The position numbers and the translations under genes are program-made. DNA of 56,969 nt, counting the filler, from Thelocarpon superellum (taxonomy: Eukaryota): assembly GCA_026025795.1 (NCBI GenBank). It is 2 parts of 2 records of this genome, joined end to end, with 100 filler letters (N's around TTAATTAATTAA, not from the genome) between each part and the next. Parts side by side here need not be neighbours in the genome. Positions count along the whole stretch, not along the records: positions 28,621 to 56,969 come from JAPEUG010000236.1; 1 more part is not named here. One strand, written 5' to 3'. Position 1 is the first letter of the stretch. Each line of letters starts with the position of its first letter. The notes below the pieces were generated by a model, which did no database searches, was not told the DNA's origin, and worked only from the letters and a program-made list of their open reading frames with translations. Shown here in pieces: positions 47,809 to 56,969 of the stretch.

Positions 47809-49782
47809 TCAGCGCCCGATCCTGATGACTCCACTATGAATCAGTCTCTGCAGCTTCGATCGAACCGTAGGGTTCTTCATGTGGTCCTGAAGCGCAGACG
47901 GGTCGCCTTTGGCCTGCTGTAGGATGCTCTGCATGACGGGATCTTGGAGGATGCCAAGGATCTGCAGCTGACATTAGCGGCGGATCCACAAGAGGGTATC
48001 TCTGTAAACCTTACCTCGGGGTCTTTCTGGATGCGAGCCATGGTCTCCTCCTCCGTCTCGCCTTCCCGAGCGCTGTACATCGCTTGCAGCGCTTTCTGCT
48101 GCTGCTGCTCAATCTCTCTCGCGTTCGCTCCACCCTCGTCATTCTCCATGGCCTCACTGCACACGTCCAGGCACTTGCTGTATTCTCTCATCCCAAAGTA
48201 GGCCTGGGCTTTGCGTAGATAGGCGCGAATGAACTTGGGATCCTTCTTGAGAGCTGCGTTGCAGTCGTCGACGGCGCTGGGGAAGGTCAAGAGCTTGATA
48301 AAAGCGGCAGCACGGTTGCTGTATCCACGGGGGTCGTCGGGTGCTCGTTTGATCATCTCGCTGTACGCTTCGACGGCGCCGGGCCAGTCCGCTTCCTTGA
48401 ACTTCTTGTTGCCTTCTTCCCGCGCCTCCTCAGCCTTGGTGGGGTCAATGTAAGACTGCTTCTCATGCTCGATCTTGGCCTTCTCTGCCGCTCGCAGCTT
48501 CGCGAGGACGTCGGGTGTGCGATGTTCCGTGAGCGACTTTTGATAGTTGACGATGGCGTTGGCCAGGTCTCCGAGCTTCTCATACGCAGTACCAATCCGT
48601 CCAAAGGCCCTGTGCGCTGCAGTCAGCTCTGAGCTAGTCCCAAGCACGACGTATGACCGGCTTCACACGCACTTGGCAATGAGCTTGAAATCCGCCAGCA
48701 CCTCTCGACCTTCTTCAACCGCTAGCTTGCAGGCCTCAATGGCACCTTCATAGTCCCCCTTTTCGAATTTGGCAGCACCGAGATTGGTCAGGTAGGTGAT
48801 GTCCTTGTGGAGCTCCCACGCCTTATTGTAGTGCTCGATGGCCGCATCGAATTGGCGTTTCTTGTAGGACTCGGTCCCTAGCTTCTTTTCTGCCTCCGCT
48901 TCCTCCTTGGCCTTCTTGTTGGCCAGGGCCTCCTCGTCCTCGGGCTCAGGCTCTGGCTCCGGCTCCGGAGCTTTGGCTGGGTTTGCCGGTTTCGAAGAGG
49001 TAGGCCGCACGTCGGGCATAGGCGTGTCGTCCTCGGGTTCTTTGCTCGTTGAAGGGTTGCTGGGCGCGTCACCGGGCTGTCCGAACTGCATGTCGATGCC
49101 CATCATCACTCCCATGACCTGAAGAAATCTAGGGTCGCTGAGATGACTCCCAATATCGTTCGGATTTTGCCGAAGATGTTGTAATTTGGCCATAAAGTCC
49201 GGATCGGCCAAGAGGCGGCTAGTTTTGGGATTCTTCGCCAGCTTCGGGATGAGTTCGGGATCATTGAAGAAGCTGCCCAGGCCGCCACTTGGGTCACTTC
49301 CCATCCCGTCCGCTCGAGCTTCCGCATCCATCGCGCGCTTAATCGCGTCTCGGCCAGACTTGGCTTGCGCGTTGCTTGGGTCGATCCTGAGTGCCTCTTC
49401 ATAGGCATCGAGCGAACCCACTAGAACACCAGTCAGTGGCGTGCCGGGGGGGAGATCGGCGAACGGCATACGAAGGTCCCCCTCTCCATGCAGCGCAGCG
49501 CCCTTTCGACCCCATCCCTTGGCCCAATCCGGCTTGATCTCGATCACTTTCTCGGCATCTTCTCGTGCGGAAGCAAATTCTTTCTTGGAGGCGTAGGCTC
49601 CTGATCGATTCGAGTAGAGCACATGGTTGGTCGGCTCGAGTTCGATCGCCTGTGTAAACTTGTCGCTGAGGAGACTCAGTATCTGGCCCGCGCGGCTAAA
49701 TACTTGGACCGACTCACATAGCTTCGTCGAATTTCTTCTCCGCAAACGCTTTGTTGCCTTGGGCTTTCAGAGCGTCCGCCAT
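47809..49782 (-). CDS. STI1: Hsp70/Hsp90 co-chaperone Sti1/Hop (TPR and DP domains); introns 49717-49666, 49471-49421, 48672-48610, 48014-47962
   Basis: MADALKAQGNKAF, VLYSNRSGAYAS, KPDWAKGWGRKG, KSLTEHRTPD, GYSNRAAAFIKL and DP repeats; ends IRIGR*. Confidence 0.96.
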
Positions 49783-49908
49783 GTTTCGCGAGCGGTGAGG
49801 AGTAAGGACGATACCGGCTTGGCTAGGAGAAACCGTACGGAAAGAAGGGTCCAAGGATATGATCTACCTGTGTAGAGTCCAGGGATGCAGTCACACGGCA
49901 CGTAAAGC

Positions 49909-49923
49909 GTTCTAGAGGTTTCG
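49909..49923. promoter_or_regulatory. Putative heat-shock element upstream of STI1
   Basis: gTTCt-aGAGg-tTTCg: three alternating nGAAn units with one mismatch, ~130 bp upstream of the STI1 ATG. Confidence 0.5.
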
Positions 49924-50233
49924 AATCGAGGTTCGAGGGCGCTCCGCCAAACAAGTTGCCCGTGGAAAGGTGAAGAACCTCAAGGCCGGCTCGGCTAGAG
50001 AAGCTTGATCCGTCAAGGGCTTCGCGTAAAACTTCCTCCCTTGGGCTGCTCGAGACTGTCACGGCGGGGTGGAAGCTGTCATTGACCTTTGGTTGTCCCT
50101 ATCAGCCTACATCTTGCCCTGGTCTGAAACCATCCATTCTTCCCAGTTCCAGAGCGTGAAGAATCGACATGATATTCTTGCGTGTTCGATGACAACCGTG
50201 CGCAGCTGTGCTTACTTACCGCACAAGCTCAAC

Positions 50234-51338
50234 ATGCTTTCCGCTCCTCAGCAAGCAAGCTCAACACCGTCAATGGCAGACCTCAAGAGCATCATGTACG
50301 CGCGGTGCTACCAGGCGTATTCGACAGAAACGCTCTTTGGCCAGGCAGAGATTCTCACCATGGAAATCATTCCGGATGACGACGTCCATGTCCTCCTCCA
50401 TTGTGCGCAAGAGCTAGTCAACGAGGGCTTGTTTAAAGTGCATCAGCTAGTTGGTAACCAGGCCATGTGGAAGGTGATCATGAAGGAGGATGCCGATAGG
50501 TCAGTGGATGCCTGGCGAGGAAAATCGACGCGGCCTACTTGATAGCTGACTCTGCGGTAGATACCATCATATGACCACGGACGAAGCAATCATCTTCGGA
50601 TACATCGAGTCGGCCGGCCGCGAAGGCATCTGGAGCCGCACCATCAAGATCCGCACCAATCTGCACCAGTCCATTATGAACCGATGCATCAAGAATCTGG
50701 AGACCCATGGCTTCATCAAGTCCATCAAGAGCGTGCGCTACCCGACCCGCATCTTCTACATGCTCGCCACCCTCACTCCATCCGAAGACGTCACGGGTGG
50801 GCCGTGGTTCACGGACGGCGAGCTGGATGACGAATTCGTCGAAACCCTGTGCCAACAGATCGACCGCTACGTTGAGAGCAAGAGCTTCCATCGCAACCCA
50901 GCGGCCGCTGGCGTTTCGCGCAGGCCGACCAAGACGTCCAAGACGGACATTGAAGAAGCGCTAGAGAAAGAATTCACGACCCCGAAGCCCAAGCGCGAAG
51001 ACAAGCTGCTCCACTTTCCGCCGGGATATCAAGGCTACCCGACGCTCTACGAGATCATGATGTGGCTGAACGAGTCGGGAATCTCGGAAGTGCCGCTGGC
51101 CGAAGACCACGTGCGGCAGCTGATGGACGTGCTCTACTACGACGGCAAGGTCGCGCGAGTCCTGGCCGAGACCGCGTACAAGTCACTGCGGCGACTCGAT
51201 GGCGGGGATAGCGGCGAGTCCGGGAGCGCGCTAACCGACGCTCCTTGCGGGCGATGTCCAGTCTTTAATCTCTGCGAAGAGGATGGGCCCGTGAGCGCGA
51301 GCAACTGCGAGTATTTCAAGGACTGGCTCGAATCGTGA
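50234..51338 (+). CDS. RPC34: RNA polymerase III subunit C34 (RPC6); intron 50500-50560; start at 50234 or 50273
   Basis: IESAGREGIWSRTIKIRTNLH, PSEDVTGGPWFTDGELD and the C-terminal Fe-S motif PCGRCPVFNLC...C.YF..W. Confidence 0.94.
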
Positions 51339-51836
51339 TGGACGGTATACAATTCTTCCACAATTGGCTGCCTGATTTCGCTTCTGACGTCGCATTACGC
51401 TCCAGCATCGGCATCGGTCGCAGCATCATATTCGGCGCAACGGCGTAGGCGGGAAGATGTCGACTGGATTGGGTAGACAATGTCTTCTGGGTCCGGTGGC
51501 GACCTCCTTGCTCCATTGGTTCAGGAGACGACAGGGGCTTAGCTTGACATGTTTTACGCGGGGCGGCGGGAACAGTCGGTTCGTTTCCTGGCTGGATGCA
51601 AGGGTGCATACACATGCGTCGTGGTCGAGTAGTGGGCCTTCATAGGTCAAGTGCGTAATCAGGTCAAGCAATAGGACCGAGTCATGAAGCAGCAAGGGCC
51701 TCATTTTTCATTATACGACTTGGATGCTATTGGTCGGATCAACTCCATCTGTCGCACATATCCATCCACGTCTTCTTGGGCCCGTTTAATGTAGCACGAA
51801 GTCTCCATTACTACCAGTTTTGTCCATCCCTCTCGA

Positions 51837-52789
51837 TTAGGCCAAGCCACTCTTGACGATCACGGGTGCCTTGGAGTACTTGGGCGACCCGTCCCGCTTG
51901 CCCGTGGCCTCGAGAGCCTTGACGATCGGCATCGACTCTGGCTCAACTTCGCCGAAGACGACATGCTTCCCATCCAACCAGGAAGTGACGACGGTGGTGA
52001 CGAAGAATTGTGATCCATTACTGCATCGCCCTCCTCAGCGACCTGACCATGAAGCAGGGTACGACATTGAGAACTCACGTATTGGGGCCTGAGTTGGCCA
52101 TCGAGAGGAGACCAGGCTTATCGTGCTTTAGGGCAAAGTTCTCATCGGCAAACTTCTCGCCGTAGATCGACTTGCCGCCGGTACCCTAGACGAAATTCGA
52201 TCAGTAAGCAGGCCCATGGGAGAGGCGTGACATGACAGGGGATGATGAGCCAATTGCCACGGAGGCGGTGATGGTAGGTCGGGATAAGACAGCGACGCGG
52301 GAGACGACGGGAAATCTCTTACGTTTCCGCGGGTGAAGTCACCCCCTTGGAGCATGAACTCGGGGATGATGCGGTGGAACTTGGAACCGGCGTAGCCATA
52401 TCCTTTCTCGCCCGTGCAGAGGGCACGGAAGTTCTCGGCCGTCTTGGGAACGACATCATCGTACAGTTTGAAGTAGATGGTCCCGGTTTGCTCTAGAAAG
52501 AACAGAGGTCGGTCAGCGGGGATGAGAGGTGTGGTCGGGACGTGAGGCCTATCCTCGGCCAGGAGTGCGCACCTTTGATCTGAGAGCCAAGCCGGCCACC
52601 GACCAGCTCTGGGCCCTCCCAGGCGACCTCAATAAACGTCTTGACGACCATGTTGCGCGGTGAGGAGTGAAAGGCACGAAGAGTGGTAGAGGAGTGTTGT
52701 TGGAGTTGGAATTGAGTGCCTGGGGGCGTGCGTAAAGAAAGCTGGGGCCGATGCAAGAGGAAGGTGGGGCACTGGCGGATGAGGGGCAT
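51837..52789 (-). CDS. Cyclophilin-type peptidyl-prolyl isomerase (CypA/Cpr1-Cpr3 type) with mitochondrial-presequence-like extension; introns 52572-52493, 52322-52186, 52078-52021; second ATG at 52651
   Basis: [60 protein letters not shown] and [12 protein letters not shown]. Confidence 0.95.
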
Positions 52790-52799
52790 TCTGAAGGCT

Positions 52800-52806
52800 C
52801 TTTATA
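52800..52806 (-). promoter_or_regulatory. TATA-like element (TATAAAG) ~10 nt upstream of the first cyclophilin ATG
   Basis: Plus strand reads ctttata at 52800-52806. Confidence 0.5.
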
Positions 52807-55122
52807 CGGCGTTAGTCCCCACGTCACCAACCGCGAGTGAATTGACCCGCTCTAACCCTTCAGCGGGCTCTGATTTACGAGTACGCGCCAAGATCTGCTC
52901 TAGCCATTTTCTGACCGCACTCAAGCACGACAGAGGGGCATCTTGCGCGCCCGCTGCATCGCTGGTGGGGCAAGGAGGGGCCGCGGAGCTTACCAATTAT
53001 AGCGAGACGAGATCGTTGGTACTGGTGACTTAGGAGGCCGGAACGAGGGGGGGCTGGGGAGGGGGTGGGGGAGCGGTGGAGGGAAGTAGATCGAGTAGAC
53101 ACGCGAGGAGCCGGAGCGGACACGAAAACCACTTGTCACAGGCCGACAGATCGACGGCCGGGAGAGCGGGGCAGCAGACGCGGGCTTCGCGCGGATACAG
53201 CCTCCAAACCTTCGATGCTCGTCCCGTACGAGACCGGAACTGCTGGCTTGGTCAAACCTGGCACGAAGGTCTGGAGTGGTGATTGGGGGATGCAGGAGAC
53301 AACCAGGATAGGGTGGGATGATGATGCTTTTGCTTGCGTCGCTAACGCCGGCGCAAAATCTTGCAGGACGTGGACCAATCAGCGAGAAGCCGCTCGCGAA
53401 GATCTTACCCATAAGACGATTTTGCCTGGACGTGGAACGAAGGAGGTACGCCTGCCAAAGGAACGAGGAAGTCCATTCCAAACGATCTTCCAGAAGCACC
53501 AGGTCCGTTGCATCTGAGAGTGGCCTGCGCCCTCCTTGGTTGAGCTTTTTTTCCCACGGTCATCTCATGCTATTAGACTTGGTGTTACGTATTTCGCAGA
53601 GCGCATCACGTGACCTCTGCGAAGTCTGACAACTTGGAACATTGGCCTTCCAGAATTCGCTCGTACGTTGGCTGCCTCACGGGATCTGTTCAGTTTGGTA
53701 AAATTTCCATCAAAAAGCCAAAATCTAAGATCGAGCCTCGAGAATACATTTTGGCAGGCTCAGAACGCGTGACAGGACATTCGGGGACCCTTACTCGCGA
53801 GGCTGACTTGGCCATCGTGTCCATCGACCGTGGCGACGTGTGGTGACCGAGGTGTCGAGAGTGGCGCCGGGAATGCAGGCCTTGATACTGGGTGCTGTGC
53901 GTGCATAAGTGTGCGCGTATGTGATGGTTTGATACAGGGAGCATCACCCGGTTCATGGCTGTACGCGTCACAGACGTGCATCGATCGGAAGGCAAGCTCA
54001 GCCACAAGGTCGTGGCCGTGGATCTAAGGCCCCCCCCATCGCTGGGTCCAGGCCGTATCAGCCGCTCGCTTGCCGATCTTACGCCGCGGTCCAAGTAGAG
54101 TAGATCATTCTACTGAAGGCCTTTGGTAGGACGTGCGTATCATGATCAACTGCATAGCCGAGCTGGGGTCGTGCTCTCTGCCTGATCAATCTACTTCGCG
54201 CGAGGGACCACAGGCGCAAATCCCGAGCGACATCTGATTGAATTGGCCTGTAGTCGACCGAGCCGACTCGTCGGCCTGGTGCACTTCTCCTACTCTGACC
54301 CGTAACGCACCTCCTCGACATGATGATAGACATCATCCAAGCAGTGTCGGGGTCGAAGTCCCCGACCCCGTGGCGCTGATCCACAGACGAAGCAAAACGG
54401 AGCGTGCCGCCACGCGCGTGGCACGCCCGTGGAGAGTCCCGTCCGCCGTGGTTGGCAGTTGGAGCATGCCGACGACGGTTGGGCGTGGCTCGTTCACAAT
54501 CCGCCACTCGCCACTTGCGTCGCATGCGGGATCGTGTCGTGGCGTGAGGGTGACCCGAGAAAATCATACCATAGGTGGAATGGCTGGTGGAGGCTGGGTT
54601 GGCGTCGCTCTGCGCAGATGCATTGCGTAGGAAACCCAACTAAATTAATTCGTCCGAGCAACGCGTGCAGAGAGGGAGCGACCGAGAGCCAAAGCTCGTA
54701 GTGCTTCGTACCAACTACGGGTCTAGGGCGAGACCGAGACCCGTCTCTAGGTGTCTAGGTCGTACCGCAGCTAGCGGTGGTCGCGGCAGCTGAACTGAAG
54801 CAGCAGAGAGGCGAGGTGGGGAGCTCCCCGGGCGGCTGGCAGATGCACGCTATCATCCCAGTGCACTAACCGGCGCCAAGAACATGCAGCTGGGGAAAGC
54901 CCGAGGATGAGTGCACACCGACGTCGACGTCGATGCTTGCAGTACTTCACTCGTGCAACCCTCGTCCAACTCCGTCCAATTCTTGCCCACTCATAATCTC
55001 ACCTAATATTTGACTTGTTGCAGGGTCAATTTATCAAGCCTCACGTTCCTACGGTCGCGGTGCATGAGCCGACTTTCCTACTACATGTTAACGCTTGTGG
55101 CTACGGTCCTGCCAACTCAGTC

Positions 55123-55152
55123 CCAGCTCCAGCTCCAGCTCCAGCTCCAGCT
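55123..55152. repeat. (CCAGCT)5 microsatellite upstream of the tricalbin ATG
   Basis: Direct reading. Confidence 0.88.
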
Positions 55153-55171
55153 CCGCTGGTAGTGCTTCAAC

Positions 55172-56969
55172 ATGCAGTCACAGGCCGCCGAGCTCAAGCA
55201 GCAGGGTGCCCTCGAGGCGGCGCGCGATAGCGCCAGCCCCGTCACCGCTGAGGACGCCGAGAAGAAGATGGTCGAAGAGACCAAACGAGCGGGCGCCCAT
55301 GCCTTCCAGTTCGACCCCGACGCTTCCCCCGAAGAGAAAGCTGCACAGGCTCGAGCGGTCAGTTTGCAGCTTATCTCGACATACTAAATTATCTCCAATA
55401 CCCGGCTAACGTCTGTCCTATCCCGCAGCGGGTTCCAGAAGGCTTTCGCCGGGAGAAGAAGTCTTTGGCCGTGGGAGTTGCCACAGATATTGTAAGCACC
55501 CGATCCCGATCCCGATCCCGATCCATCGGATCCACGTTCTCTAACCGTGTGGACTTTGTTGCAGGATGATGGATCCCCGGACCAATACAATCTACCCACC
55601 CCGAGCAATGCCATGGCGCTGCCGGCGGAGCCGCCTGGCACCGACGGCAAGGGTCATGCCACCAACGGACATATGACCGAGGAGGAAAATGCGCGATGGA
55701 TCGAGCGGACCGGATGGGCACCCAGATTTGGCATGGGGGTCGTCGATGATGGAGCCGATGATGTTCGTGAACAATCCACATGGATCGAGACCCGGTTAGA
55801 CGAGAAGTTCTTTGGAGGTGAGTGGCAGACCTCCAACTGCGGCCCTGCATAGTCGCAATATCCATGCTTCTTTGACTAATCACGCAGCGAGATAGACTGG
55901 TATCACAACACCGCCGTTATCGTCTTCGCTTGTCTCATGTCCTGGCTCATTGCCGTGCTTGGGGGTGGCCTTGCTTGGGTGTTCCTGGTCATGGCAATCT
56001 GCGGAACCTACTACCGCACCTCCATCCGCCGCGTGCGTCGCAACTTCCGAGACGATGTCAATCGCGAGATGGCGAAAGCCAAAATTGAGACCGACGTGGA
56101 AAGCCTCGAGTGGATCAACAATTTCATGGTCAAATTCTGGCCCATTTACGAGCCTGTCCTGTGCGAGACCATCATCAATTCTGTGGACCAGGTCCTGAGC
56201 ACCGCCACCCCGGCCTTCCTTGACAGCTTGCGCCTCAAATCTTTCATCCTCGGCTCCAAGCCGCCCCGTCTTGAGCACGTCAAGTCCTATCCAAAGGCCG
56301 AGGATGACATCGTCCTCATGGACTGGAAGTTCAGCTTCACGCCGAACGACACTGCTGATCTGACGGCTCGTCAGATCAAGAACAAGATCAATCCCAAAGT
56401 TGTCCTCGAGGTGCGCATAGGCAAGGCCATGGTCAGCAAGGGCTTGGATGTCATCGTCGAAGACATGGCCTTCTCCGGCCTGATGCGGGTCAAGGTGAAG
56501 CTTCAAATTCCCTTTCCCCACATCGAGCGCGTCGACATCTGCTTCCTCGATCAGCCGGCAATCGATTACGTTTGCAAGCCCCTCGGCGGTGACACCTTTG
56601 GCTTTGACATCGGCTTCCTACCGGGTCTGCAATCCTTCATCCTCCAGCAGATCCACGCCAACATCGGCCCGATCATGTACGCTCCGAACGTTTTCCCAAT
56701 CGAGGTCGCCAAGATTCTCGCCGGTACCCCGGTCGACAAGGCTATCGGTGTCCTTGCCGTCACGATCCATGGTGCACAGGGTCTCAAGAACCCGGACAAG
56801 TTCTCCGGCTCCCCCGATCCATACGTCGCGATTTCTCTCAATAGCCGCGACGTTTTGGGCAAGACCAAGATCGTCAAGGAAAACACCAATCCGAAGTGGA
56901 ATGAGACCAAGTACATCATTCTTACCTCCTTCAAGGACAGCTTGACCTTGCAGGTCTTCGACTTCAACG
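55172..56969 (+). CDS. Tricalbin / extended synaptotagmin (membrane hairpin, SMP, C2), 5' part only; introns 55358-55428, 55492-55564, 55818-55895
   Basis: MQSQAAELKQQGALEAA, AFQFDPDASPEEKAAQA, DWYHNTAVIVFAC hydrophobic hairpin, ESLEWINNFMVKFWPIYEP SMP start and first C2 (PDPYV...NPKWNET). Runs off the window. Confidence 0.93.

Noticed and set aside
53065..53846. 150-aa and 78-aa plus-strand ORFs between cyclophilin and tricalbin
   Set aside because: Neither has an ATG start in a convincing context or a family motif, and I could not build a consistent splice model.
8355..56967. Numerous long antisense or alternative-frame ORFs (e.g. 8355-9152, 13856-14611, 23246-23983, 30485-31273, 34153-35253, 55880-56521)
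   Set aside because: These are shadow ORFs expected from high GC3 codon usage of the real genes on the other strand or frame. They have no motifs.
1..56969. A novel multi-gene system or biosynthetic cluster
   Set aside because: The genes are functionally unrelated housekeeping genes. No PKS, NRPS, terpene or RiPP core is present, and the window is split by an artificial join.
1..56969. tRNA/rRNA genes or intact transposons
   Set aside because: I saw no cloverleaf or rRNA signature, transposase/RT/integrase motif, LTR or TIR by eye. tRNAscan-SE, Infernal and RepeatMasker would be needed to exclude small ncRNAs.

Overview
Eukaryotic, GC-rich, gene-dense DNA from a filamentous ascomycete (Pezizomycotina-type), with short GT-AG introns and CTRAC/CTRAY branch sites. 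About 20 protein genes can be reconstructed: the 3' end of Dopey/DOP1, a WLM (Wss1-family) metalloprotease, a GH55 exo-1,3-beta-glucanase, a triple-KH RNA-binding protein, a CENP-K-like protein, KEL3, a hexose transporter, an F-box protein, RecQ/SGS1, an NCS1 purine-cytosine permease, Spa2, a GH16-fold secreted protein, SSU72, NBP2, ENT3, STI1, RPC34, a cyclophilin and the 5' part of a tricalbin. An artificial N-TTAATTAATTAA-N spacer at 28521-28620 splits the window, so the two halves may not be adjacent in the genome. This is mostly ordinary housekeeping territory. I found no CRISPR array, RNA gene, intact transposon or biosynthetic cluster, and no convincing new multi-gene system. Best leads: a secreted GH16 protein that has lost its catalytic residues, a possibly membrane-anchored and stalked GH55, an interrupted orphan small secreted protein near the gap, an 11x MxGGP repeat in Spa2, a stop-free in-frame intron splitting the SSU72 catalytic Arg codon, and a TATA/dual-ATG layout for dual targeting of the cyclophilin. 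All family assignments come from recognising motifs by eye; no database search was run.
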